DNA of 64,000 nucleotides from a virus, in the IMG/VR virus record IMGVR_UViG_3300050821_017570, positions 96,001 to 160,000 of that record; one strand, 5' to 3'. The position numbers and the translations under genes are program-made. Of this stretch, positions 1 to 9,139 are shown piece after piece; position 1 is the stretch's first letter, and every line of letters begins with the position of its first letter. The notes beneath the pieces were generated by a model. The model was not told the DNA's origin, did not search any database, and saw only the letters and a list, made by a program, of their open reading frames with translations.

Positions 1-673
1 ACTCAGCCTTCGGGTCTTCGACATCGTAGCGAGTACGTAACCGAATCAACTGCAGGTTGTGCTTTCGAAACGAGGGGGTCAAACCCCACTGGTCGAACTG
101 TACTTCATCGGAATCCGGCACCGGTCTTAGAAAGCCCCATAGCCGTAGACCGATGAAGTGTCTCGCATCCCCATCAAACTGCAGGCGTCGGGACCATCCG
201 ACCTGATAGGCCAGGTAGCTGAGAAAGCCTTCTGGAAACTTCCGGCGGATCAGGTGGCCCGCCGGATGCCCGGTGAAGCACCTGAGCCCAAACTCCACTC
301 CAGCAAATCGTTCTCGCCACAACGCTTCTCTCGTCGTACGTACCTCCATGGCGACCCATTCGTCACGCACGGGGCGATCGTAAGCAATCAAAGGGCCGTT
401 AGCTAAGTCGGATTCACGACCACCAATCTGGGCAGCCAGCGTTTCGGCCAACTGCCTGGTGAGCGGCTGGCCCACGTACTGAAGCATCGTCTGGGTGCAG
501 GTATGGTTGTCCTGAAACCCTAGCAGCTCGGCCAGTAGGCCTCCAACGTGGATCGCCATCTCAGGCGTGATCGGACAATCGATTCGCTGACGCAGCAACG
601 TAAACGCTGTGTCGGTCTGTAGGAGTATGTCGTCAAACCGAATACGTGGTATCGGCGGTAGATCGTTATCCAC
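1..673 (-). CDS. hypothetical protein, runs off the left edge (MDNDLPPIPRIRFDDILLQ...)
   Basis: Not in the ORF track; manual translation from GTG at 673 is open to the window edge (224 codons) and overlaps the upstream stop by 8 nt. Confidence 0.7.
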   Translation of the reverse strand, partial: MDNDLPPIPRIRFDDILLQTDTAFTLLRQRIDCPITPEMAIHVGGLLAELLGFQDNHTCTQTMLQYVGQPLTRQLAETLAAQIGGRESDLANGPLIAYDRPVRDEWVAMEVRTTREALWRERFAGVEFGLRCFTGHPAGHLIRRKFPEGFLSYLAYQVGWSRRLQFDGDARHFIGLRLWGFLRPVPDSDEVQFDQWGLTPSFRKHNLQLIRLRTRYDVEDPKAE

Positions 674-944
674 GATGCGCTCCGTCCAGCAGTCGCACCA
701 AATCCCACGGATATGGTTGGGTGCGGTCTCGACAGTAATAGGCCGAATCCAAAAGCTCCGGTACCTTATACCAACCACGTATCCAAGATGAATCATACCA
801 GCGATTGGCGTCTCGCACTCCGCCTCGCGTGGTCGCCTGAATACGGATACACCCATCGAGTCGCAACAAATCTGTCACCAGCCCACGAGACCCATTCCGA
901 TATTCCCAAGTCTGACCAACCTTGATGGGTGGCATCAGGCTCAT
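666..944 (-). CDS. small GQxW-family hypothetical protein
   Basis: IKVGQTWEYRNG N-terminal motif and WDLVRLL end shared with about 10 other ORFs here. Confidence 0.7.
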   Translation of the reverse strand: MSLMPPIKVGQTWEYRNGSRGLVTDLLRLDGCIRIQATTRGGVRDANRWYDSSWIRGWYKVPELLDSAYYCRDRTQPYPWDLVRLLDGAHRG

Positions 945-1819
945 TAGGGTGCCAGATCGGTCATCTGTTCCAGGAGCTTATCCACCACCTGTTTGACCTC
1001 CATGAGGCCGGCTTGTGCGTTCTCGAACGCGGCCTTGTAGTTGGCTTGTGCCTTATCGGAGTCGAACCCGATCTTACTGGCCTCGCCAATCACAATGAAA
1101 ACATCAGGTGCGATGCTCAACAGCTTTGTGCAGGTCGAATCGATCTGCTTGAGTGGCTTCAGCGGTGATTGGCTGAACTCCTTCTCCTGGTGCGCACCAA
1201 CCGATTTTGTTTTTCCATCATCGGGCTGGACTGGGGCCGCGACCCCAACGGCATTGTCAGCCGAACCAGTGTCTCCCACGTTATCTGATGGTTCGGCCGC
1301 CGGCGGAGTCGGCTTAACTGGTGCTGGTGCTCGGGCGGTCTGGATGGCTTCATCAGTAGCCTTTCGAACCGACTGTTTACGATGCTCCTGGATCGTTTCC
1401 TCCAAGGCTTTGATCGTGACAGCCTTACCATCATCACCGTAGAGCTTTTCGACCACCGCTGGACGAGTTTCCTCGTCAACCGAAGCCAGCAGCTTGAGGT
1501 GACCGATCAGGACACCCTTACTGACCATCTCGGGCAGATCTTCCTGTCGGTACATGAGATTGACGGACCGCGCACAGTAGAGGGTTGTGGCACCAAACGT
1601 CGCGCCAGGGATGCGAGCTGTCAACTCACTCGCCAACCGCTCAATGCCGGCTCGGGATGGCTTCTCCCCAGCCGCCTGGATGAATCGAATCACAATCGCA
1701 CCCAGCTCCCAGTAGTAGTTCAGGTGAGACAGCTGAGCAACACTGGTACAGCGGCAGGCTGCCTCTAGGCATTCGTTGTAGATAGCTTCAAAACTAGGCT
1801 GTTCGGCCGGAGTATTCAT
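944..1819 (-). CDS. DUF1016/YhcG N-terminal-like domain protein with P/A-rich linker
   Basis: NYYWELGAIV...GIERLASELTARIPGATFGATTLY resembles the DUF1016_N pattern; start moved to ATG 1819 (ATGA coupling). Confidence 0.6.
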   Translation of the reverse strand: MNTPAEQPSFEAIYNECLEAACRCTSVAQLSHLNYYWELGAIVIRFIQAAGEKPSRAGIERLASELTARIPGATFGATTLYCARSVNLMYRQEDLPEMVSKGVLIGHLKLLASVDEETRPAVVEKLYGDDGKAVTIKALEETIQEHRKQSVRKATDEAIQTARAPAPVKPTPPAAEPSDNVGDTGSADNAVGVAAPVQPDDGKTKSVGAHQEKEFSQSPLKPLKQIDSTCTKLLSIAPDVFIVIGEASKIGFDSDKAQANYKAAFENAQAGLMEVKQVVDKLLEQMTDLAP

Positions 1820-2307
1820 GTAGGCTCCTCTGAAGGTCCCCATCGGTTAGAGAAGAACTTCTCAAACGGCAGGACATTGAAAATGGCCTGGCTGGTAGAA
1901 ACGTGAAGAGAGCAGTCCTCCAGGGTGGTCAGATTGGTAGCCACCCATCGTCCTTGCCCATACACGTAGAATATCAAGCAACACGGCTCTGTTGACGTGC
2001 CGCGGAAATTAAGAAACGCTTCCGTAATGGGGTGGCTGACTGGTTTACGAAGCAAGTCAAAGAAGTTAAATCGAAACTCACGCGTCGATCCAACCCTAGC
2101 GGTAACTAGGCCTTCATCGTTAAACCAGTCCCAGCCAAACCCCTCTTGCAGCTCATGTTTCTGGTGGGCGACCTGACCAGCCGACCAACCTAACTGCTTA
2201 AGAACCGCTCCAACAGACGACTCTTCGAAATTTGTCAGCTTGTGGGTTTCGAGTTCCTTGGCAGCGTCAGATAACCCCAACTGCTTCATCACGTCATCAG
2301 GGTACAT
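1816..2307 (-). CDS. hypothetical protein
   Basis: 163-aa ORF tightly packed between neighbours. Confidence 0.75.
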   Translation of the reverse strand: MYPDDVMKQLGLSDAAKELETHKLTNFEESSVGAVLKQLGWSAGQVAHQKHELQEGFGWDWFNDEGLVTARVGSTREFRFNFFDLLRKPVSHPITEAFLNFRGTSTEPCCLIFYVYGQGRWVATNLTTLEDCSLHVSTSQAIFNVLPFEKFFSNRWGPSEEPT

Positions 2308-2309
2308 GG

Positions 2310-3575
2310 TTAGTCACCAAGCACGGTCTGGTCGGTCAGGTCCACTTCCTGGATGTTCGAATACTGAATGATATCAAGGAAGTTGGAGACCTTCTGTCGC
2401 ATCTCAGGGTTCTGCTCGATCGCACGTCCAAACGCAGTGAAGCTAGCTCCATCGAGCCCTAACGCCTCGCACTTGATATGGTTGGGGTCATTTTGGACAA
2501 AGTAGAGCGCGTCATCCAGACGGGCAATATCGTAGGCGAAATTACCGAACTTTTTGTCATACTTCATCTGCCAGAGCAGGTAACCAAGTGCACCTTCCCA
2601 GTCATACTTCATGATCTGGCGACGGGGTCCCTTCAGGGTCGGATCGTCCGGATGCGGGCTATCCACGTACTGCCAAATCAGATCGACCCAAAGCTTGCGG
2701 TGATCGGGTCCCAGGCAGGACATATTGGATTCGATGATGAGCGGATGCCCCGTGCAGGGCACACCCGGATGCGGCATCGCCTCGTGGGTGGCCTTTTCGA
2801 ATCCCGCACACTTGGTTACGCGCAAACTCAGACTGGCCTTGAAGTTAGCTGCCGCACCACCGGTTTCACGCTTCGGAGGCGGCCCATACCCGCCGGTCTG
2901 CTCGATCGCCTGCTTGAGGTGCCGAACATACCCAACCGAACAGGTCGTACCGTGAAGCTGCATAGCCTCCAGATACCGGGTAATCTGCGCGGCAGTGGTT
3001 GGGTAACCACGAGCCTGCGCCATACCTTCCTTCTCGATACGTTCCTGGTCACCCTCCGAGGCTTTACCGGTCAGCGAATCAATACTGACGAATGACGGAA
3101 TACGAGCGCCCTTATCGCGGTATCCGATTCGTCGGGCCAGCTGGATAGCTGCCGTGGCGATTGACTGCCACTCTTCAACTGAAGCCGACTCCTTGAAGAT
3201 GAGTAGCTTTGACTGTGCCTCGGTGAGGCGCCACCACGTCATGGCACTCAACATGGAAGCCGAACTCTTACTCTCATTGTCGATCGCCGTACCGAGCCCA
3301 CCCGCAAGGATATACCAGGTCAGGATCTCAATCATGAGGGTCGACTTGAAAGACTTAGGTTCCCCTGACACGCTTAGATAGCGCTGACATGGGAATACGC
3401 TGCAACCACCGATCACCCACTGAAAGGCCAGACTAGGGATCGGAATCCCCCAGGTGTGCTCGGCATGATCACCCATTGAGTAGGCTTTCGTGGAAGTCGC
3501 CGCCTGGTTAATCGCATCGATAGCAATCTGGGCGAGCTGATCGGGCGCGAAGTCATCCTTGGCTTTTTTAGCCAT
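2310..3575 (-). CDS. uvsX: RecA/UvsX-like recombinase
   Basis: Walker A variant SGEPKSFKSTL as in T4 UvsX (GPSKSFKS); IDNE, SIDSL Walker B, HLKQ, TGG loop. Confidence 0.85.
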   Translation of the reverse strand: MAKKAKDDFAPDQLAQIAIDAINQAATSTKAYSMGDHAEHTWGIPIPSLAFQWVIGGCSVFPCQRYLSVSGEPKSFKSTLMIEILTWYILAGGLGTAIDNESKSSASMLSAMTWWRLTEAQSKLLIFKESASVEEWQSIATAAIQLARRIGYRDKGARIPSFVSIDSLTGKASEGDQERIEKEGMAQARGYPTTAAQITRYLEAMQLHGTTCSVGYVRHLKQAIEQTGGYGPPPKRETGGAAANFKASLSLRVTKCAGFEKATHEAMPHPGVPCTGHPLIIESNMSCLGPDHRKLWVDLIWQYVDSPHPDDPTLKGPRRQIMKYDWEGALGYLLWQMKYDKKFGNFAYDIARLDDALYFVQNDPNHIKCEALGLDGASFTAFGRAIEQNPEMRQKVSNFLDIIQYSNIQEVDLTDQTVLGD

Positions 3576-3599
3576 TTGTTTTCTCGTTTAGTTAATAGG

Positions 3600-3635
3600 A
3601 AAACCAAAGGGGACCACCACCATGATGGCCCCCTT
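3600..3635 (-). terminator. probable intrinsic terminator after the SSB-like gene
   Basis: AAGGGGGCCA-N9-TGGTCCCCTT stem followed by TGGTTTT on the minus strand. Confidence 0.55.
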
Positions 3636-3643
3636 CGATCGGA

Positions 3644-4882
3644 TCACTTCTTCTGCTGTTGCTCAAGAATCCGCTTGTAGGCTGCCTCTAAATCCACCGG
3701 TGCAGCCGTTCCCGCAGGAGCTGGCGTAGGCGCGGTGGGGGCAACGGAAGCGGGAGCCTGAACCGCACCCCAGCCACCCGCCGTGGGAGCCGCTACCGGT
3801 GGCGCACTAGGCGCGACAGGTGCAACACTTGCTGGCGTGGGGGCTGCCTTGCCCCAGCCGGATGGAGCCGGCGCCGGCGCTGGTGTCTGAGCCGCTGGTG
3901 CGGCCGTCGGAGCGGTTGGCGCCGCCGGTCTGGCACCCCAGCCCGACGTAGGAGCTGGAGCCGATGCCGGACGGGCCACATAGCCAGTCGTCGCAGGAGC
4001 GGGTGCGCTTGCCAACTTGAGCTGCTCGATTCGGTCCCTGAAGGCTGGCTTCAGTGACACGATGTTAGCCCCATAGGCAATCACCATCTTCTGGATCAGT
4101 TCATCGTAGGTATAGCGGCGCAGGATATCATCCCACGGAACCCACGCGTTCATCAACTCCGCTGGTAGCGGGAACGGCACAGGGGCCTGTCCCGGCGCTG
4201 CCACTGGGTTGATGTTGAAGCTGACCACCTTGCTACCCGCGGTAGCGACCGGATCGATCTGTAGGGCATAACCAGCCTTGGGATCAAACACATCGATACC
4301 CATGCTGGCCGCCTGAGTCAGACAGACCTGAAGTGCCTTCAGCGCGTTTGCACCGAAAACAATCACACCACGCTGGATCATTGGCTCACAATTCTGGCCA
4401 TTCAGCTGAAGTACCATGCCCTGGCCCAGCACGTGGTCCTGAACGTTAGAGAGTGGCGCACTACCCTTCTCGGTCTTGTTGAGAAGCTGACTAACCTCTT
4501 TGAAGACGGCCGGATCCTGGATCCGATTCTTGTTGATATCACCCTTCAGGCTGATGTAGAGACCAGCAAACGGAAGGTCTGGATCACCCAGATCACGGTA
4601 TCCGGCGTCCGTCGGCCGTACCACACCGTGGAACTTAGTATGAGTGCCAGCGTAGAAAGCCATCTTCTCCATCATGAGGTTTGAGAAGATAGGACCATTG
4701 GCATCATGCCCAACCACCATCGGTAGGATGGTGCCGTCCGGCGCCACCTCAGGGAACAGCCGAATAATGGTTGTGGCCCCAACAATACCCTTGGGCTTCA
4801 CTACCGTCCAGCCACAGCTGGGCTTAAGGATGTCTTGGATCTTGTCCTGGTTGCCATCTTGAGAATGAAACGAAGTAGCCAT
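3644..4882 (-). CDS. probable single-stranded DNA-binding protein (gp32-like) with a long Pro/Ala-rich C-terminal tail
   Basis: IIRLFP motif near the N-terminus; position between polymerase and recombinase; low-complexity tail. Function inferred. Confidence 0.5.
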   Translation of the reverse strand: MATSFHSQDGNQDKIQDILKPSCGWTVVKPKGIVGATTIIRLFPEVAPDGTILPMVVGHDANGPIFSNLMMEKMAFYAGTHTKFHGVVRPTDAGYRDLGDPDLPFAGLYISLKGDINKNRIQDPAVFKEVSQLLNKTEKGSAPLSNVQDHVLGQGMVLQLNGQNCEPMIQRGVIVFGANALKALQVCLTQAASMGIDVFDPKAGYALQIDPVATAGSKVVSFNINPVAAPGQAPVPFPLPAELMNAWVPWDDILRRYTYDELIQKMVIAYGANIVSLKPAFRDRIEQLKLASAPAPATTGYVARPASAPAPTSGWGARPAAPTAPTAAPAAQTPAPAPAPSGWGKAAPTPASVAPVAPSAPPVAAPTAGGWGAVQAPASVAPTAPTPAPAGTAAPVDLEAAYKRILEQQQKK

Positions 4883-4985
4883 ATATGCCTTATTTTGTAA
4901 GCGGTCAATGAGCCGTCGGCTCTGCGACCTAGGTAACGCGTTTTGGCGCGTCTTGAATGTAAAGATTCAACAACGAAATCAAGCC

Positions 4986-7900
4986 CTAAGCTGCCTTAGG
5001 CTTCTCACCTAACCGGTTGGGATAGACGCTAATGTCGACACCGAGTCGTCTTCCATTCGTTTTTGGAATGGGGTTCATGGTGCGCATACAGAGTTCGATA
5101 ACGGTCTTCATTTCATTGACTGACTCGTTAGGGACCTCGAAATAGAAAGCATCATGGACCGGTAGGATGATTCGGAATCCGAGTCGTCGACCCGTCTCGG
5201 TATGATACCGGAAGTTGTAGAGATTGATGCCAGCCTGAGCGAGCAAATCAGCTACCGCCCCCTGAATACCACAATTCATCGCTTGTCGAGCGATCGCAGC
5301 CTGAACAGAACGCGACGCCGTAGCGGCGCCTGGAAAGTAACGACACCGATCAAACACCGTCTCCAGGTACTCGTTCTCGACGGCCGTCTTAGCAGCTGCC
5401 TTCAAAAACGCCCAAACCTGAGGGAATGTACTGGCGATGTAATCGATGATCGCTTGGCCTTGTGCCTGGGTAAACCCCGGAACCACCTTGCCGATCTCAC
5501 GGGCCAGCGCACCAGCGGAACGCCCGTACAGGAGTCCAAACAACACAGCCTTAGCAGCCGTGCGTAATGCGTCATAGAGACTCTTAACCCGTTTGGTCCA
5601 TGCTTTGTATGGCTTCGAATCGCCGGCCTCAATTGCGGCCAACGCGGCTGGAAGATCTGCTCCCTCTGGGAGCTGAAAGCATCGAACAGCGGTTTCAGAG
5701 TGAATGTCACGCTCTTGATCGATCGCCTTGGACATCGCTACGTCACCAGAGACGAAGGCCACAATACATAGCTCGGCGGTCTTAAAGTCCGCCTCCATCA
5801 GCGTGTAGCCAGGTGCAGGAACGTAGCACGACTTAAATGGTCGGAGCTTAATCCGATCTTCCTTTGGGATCAGATCGGCAGGAGCCTTCACATCATCGGT
5901 ACGACGCAGGTATTCCTTCGGAGTCATCCCATCGAATTTGTAGTCAACCAGTACTTCCAACGCAGCCGTCTCCTGCTTGTTGGGATTGGTCTGTAGGTTG
6001 GCCTTGAAGCTACGATACCGCCCCGTCTCACTCGTCTGGTGGAAGTGGGTACGAACCCTACCGTCACGGCAGATATTGTTCTGGAACGACTTACCGTCCT
6101 CCTTCTCACCATAACGATTTTGCTTTGGTAGCACCAGGTAGGTCGATAGGAACTTGCTGAGTACGGACAGATGCTTGAGCATCTTCAGTACCTGCAGGTC
6201 AGCTTTCTCTTCGTCTGTCTTAGCAGCCCCCAAAGACTGCGTATACATGAGGTCAAGAATGTTCGCCTTCGTGCAAGGCGAATTCTGCAACTCCTTATGA
6301 TCGGCTACAATATCGGTCCATAACTTCGGATACTTGTCCGTATTGCAGTAGGGGGTAAACGATAACCCCCTAACACCTTCGGGCAGCGGCTTTTTGTCTT
6401 TGAACTTCGAGGTGCTGAACAGCAAAGACGTGCGCTGCTTACTAGACGATGGGTTAAATTTAGGCCACCCGATGGTATCGCGAAATCGCTCCAGTAGTGC
6501 CTCATAGACCGGCTGATACTGATAATGAATTTCACGTAGCCGCGCCTGATCCACCAAAATGCCCTGGCGTTCCACATCCAGCAGATGGAGTGCGGTGGGC
6601 ATGACAAGATTCCAGAACAGCGACTTGAGCTTAGGATGCTGGTCCAGTTCAGCCTCAACCTTGCGAGCTGCCTGCCAGGTCGCATCGGCATCTCGTAACG
6701 CGTATGGAAACAGAATCTCATCTGGAACGTAGCCATAACCGTGAGCCAGTAGAGAAGGACGCCCCGAGAGTTTGATCCCATCGGGTCGAACCGCGCTTCC
6801 GGTTGAAAGCCACTCTTCGAGTTCCTTCCAGTAGTTACCGAACTCTGGTACGTAGGCACGAATCAAGTGGTCGAGACCATCTGATTCATCCCCGGTAGAA
6901 CCGTGTAGGAGATTGCGAGCCAATAGGGTACAGAATCCGGTCGCAAGCTTGTGATCCAGATTGATCTCAAACTCACCAGCCGCCTTGATATCACCGCGCA
7001 ACTGATGGCCTTCAAGCCGCCGTGCCGGATGATCCATAATCTGGCGCAACAGCTCTCGAATCTGGTTCAACTGCTCTGGCGTGTGGATCTCGGTGCAACC
7101 CACACCCCTGATGACTACCAGAGCCGCTTTACCAGCTGCCCATGAAAACTGTATCGTTCGAAGCAACCCATCCTCTTCACGTCCCGTTAGGTTGCCGTAC
7201 TCGGTATCGAAGCTAACAAGGGTTGCCGAGTCAGCCTCCATGTCGTCACGGAGCTTTACGACCTCCTCAACCGTCTGACAGACACGGTAGTCGGGCTTCA
7301 TGAGACAGGCACCCGACACATAGTTACGTAACCCTACATCGACCGCGCGGGCTAGTTCGGATCGGAATACATCGATGCCTGCGGTTGAGCCGACAAACAC
7401 AAATGGATTACAGGTCGGAACAACCGGAATGCCTTTCCACTCATGTACGGATCCACGATACGTGTCAAGCTTCGCCGTCTTGCCATACAGGACCTTCAAG
7501 GCGTCTGACCCAAGCGTCACGATAACCCGTGGCTGGCAGGCTTCGCAGTCCATCCGTGCGTAAACCGCACAGGCTTTTTTATGTGACTCTAAGGGTTTCA
7601 TATCCTTGGTCGGCATAGGAAACCGAACCGCATGGGTCACCAACATGTCGGCTAACGGTAATCCGGCCTCCACCGCCTGCTCGGCCAATAGGTGGCCCCA
7701 GAAATTACGAAGGCAGGTCCGGAACTCGATATCGCTTTGTGAGCAGATCGGCCCAATCAGCATGTAGTCGGCTATCCGCCATCCGAATCCAGTTCCACCC
7801 ATGTAGCCGGGTGTCTGCACGGGAAGGTGCCATCGATAATCAATCCTCGCTTCCGGTAGTGCGACCAGGTCCTTACAGACCTCATAACAGAACCACGGAA

Positions 7901-8036
7901 CATCGAGACCAGCACGCTGAGTGATACGGAACTCATTATGCTCGGGCGACAGGTCAGCCTCAGTGACGGTAGGAATCAGAACCTGATTACGTGGCCGCAC
8001 CGGTAGTGCGACAATTTCAGACAATGCGGTTGTCAC
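4986..8036 (-). CDS. polA: family A DNA polymerase with N-terminal UDG-like domain and 3'-5' exonuclease
   Basis: Exo I SFDTE; motif A ADFKTAEL; motif B RTAAKAVLFGLLYG; motif C VHDA; N-terminal QPRVIVTLG...YRGSV...VVPTCNP typical of UDG family 4-like domains. Confidence 0.93.
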   Translation of the reverse strand: MTTALSEIVALPVRPRNQVLIPTVTEADLSPEHNEFRITQRAGLDVPWFCYEVCKDLVALPEARIDYRWHLPVQTPGYMGGTGFGWRIADYMLIGPICSQSDIEFRTCLRNFWGHLLAEQAVEAGLPLADMLVTHAVRFPMPTKDMKPLESHKKACAVYARMDCEACQPRVIVTLGSDALKVLYGKTAKLDTYRGSVHEWKGIPVVPTCNPFVFVGSTAGIDVFRSELARAVDVGLRNYVSGACLMKPDYRVCQTVEEVVKLRDDMEADSATLVSFDTEYGNLTGREEDGLLRTIQFSWAAGKAALVVIRGVGCTEIHTPEQLNQIRELLRQIMDHPARRLEGHQLRGDIKAAGEFEINLDHKLATGFCTLLARNLLHGSTGDESDGLDHLIRAYVPEFGNYWKELEEWLSTGSAVRPDGIKLSGRPSLLAHGYGYVPDEILFPYALRDADATWQAARKVEAELDQHPKLKSLFWNLVMPTALHLLDVERQGILVDQARLREIHYQYQPVYEALLERFRDTIGWPKFNPSSSKQRTSLLFSTSKFKDKKPLPEGVRGLSFTPYCNTDKYPKLWTDIVADHKELQNSPCTKANILDLMYTQSLGAAKTDEEKADLQVLKMLKHLSVLSKFLSTYLVLPKQNRYGEKEDGKSFQNNICRDGRVRTHFHQTSETGRYRSFKANLQTNPNKQETAALEVLVDYKFDGMTPKEYLRRTDDVKAPADLIPKEDRIKLRPFKSCYVPAPGYTLMEADFKTAELCIVAFVSGDVAMSKAIDQERDIHSETAVRCFQLPEGADLPAALAAIEAGDSKPYKAWTKRVKSLYDALRTAAKAVLFGLLYGRSAGALAREIGKVVPGFTQAQGQAIIDYIASTFPQVWAFLKAAAKTAVENEYLETVFDRCRYFPGAATASRSVQAAIARQAMNCGIQGAVADLLAQAGINLYNFRYHTETGRRLGFRIILPVHDAFYFEVPNESVNEMKTVIELCMRTMNPIPKTNGRRLGVDISVYPNRLGEKPKAA

Positions 8037-9139
8037 ACAAGACTCCTATGGGTAAGTGGTACCTGCTGACTCAGCAGTTGATGCATAACAGCTAAGCCGA
8101 GATCTGCCGGGTCTGGTACCTGAACATCTTCACCCGCAACTTTTCGTCGAGCGGTCTCAAGAATGCCTGGCGCCCAGTTGAACTGATAGACTGGTAGCTC
8201 ACAAAATTGATTCAATCGTCTGCACGCCTCGGCAGCGAACACTTTGTCATGTGCGCGTGGATCCGGCACTGACGTCTCGGGATCCAAACAGACCACACAG
8301 GTACGATACTTGGCTCCGATCTCGCGAGCCATCTTGTCATCAATCGTTTTCCCAAATATCGCCATACCTGAAGGCCCACAAGCGATCGAACTCGTAATAC
8401 CCTCACAGATGATCGGAACGCTCGTTGAGCCTATCCGATCGATTCCATAGGGCGTCTTACGATAACCGGGCGACAGGATCCATCGTTTGGGTTCTCGCTC
8501 AGTTGGCAGAATCGTACGTCCCTGCCAACCAACGAGTTTGCCATTGTGGTGGATAGGAAAGATAATGCGGTCCTGGACGAGTCGGAAATCCGGATCCCTG
8601 CCGTAACAGAAACAAGCACCGTAGTAGGATCCCAAATACGCACCAGTCAAACCTGTATACTTATGAAGCAAAAACAGGTTCGCTGGGTGATCACTCGACA
8701 GTTCCTGAAGCGGCACCACACACGTAGGTAGTCGGGTTTCTTTGTCTGGTTCACGAACCTGAACTGGCTGCGGGGGCTGAATCAATTCGATCACACCTGC
8801 CGTGCTGGTCAGTTCTTTCGCAATCGGCTCCCAGAAAGCAGGCGACCTAACCGGGCAATCGCTGTTGTAGCAGCACGCCAGGTGAGTGAGAAGACCCCAT
8901 CCTTCCCAGTCGGTCAACCATCTGTAGCTGAGCCCGAGTCGCCCCTTCTGATCCCCACAGAGCGGGCAGTTGATCCAATACTGCTCGTGTGATCCATCCT
9001 TCACGAACCGCTTAGCGCCAGCACCGCGGTCAGTCGTCACGACCCGCGCCTGCAGTTGCTCTCCAGGCGCCGTGATCTTTACATTGCCAAATTTGGCCTG
9101 TAGGTACCGGTACAACACCGGGTTAAGTGGACCGCTCAT
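8033..9139 (-). CDS. DNA primase (Zn finger + TOPRIM)
   Basis: INCPLCGD...CYNSDC Zn finger; DRIIFPI...VGWQGR; ICEG and CLDPE TOPRIM motifs; adjacent to helicase. Confidence 0.85.
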   Translation of the reverse strand: MSGPLNPVLYRYLQAKFGNVKITAPGEQLQARVVTTDRGAGAKRFVKDGSHEQYWINCPLCGDQKGRLGLSYRWLTDWEGWGLLTHLACCYNSDCPVRSPAFWEPIAKELTSTAGVIELIQPPQPVQVREPDKETRLPTCVVPLQELSSDHPANLFLLHKYTGLTGAYLGSYYGACFCYGRDPDFRLVQDRIIFPIHHNGKLVGWQGRTILPTEREPKRWILSPGYRKTPYGIDRIGSTSVPIICEGITSSIACGPSGMAIFGKTIDDKMAREIGAKYRTCVVCLDPETSVPDPRAHDKVFAAEACRRLNQFCELPVYQFNWAPGILETARRKVAGEDVQVPDPADLGLAVMHQLLSQQVPLTHRSLV

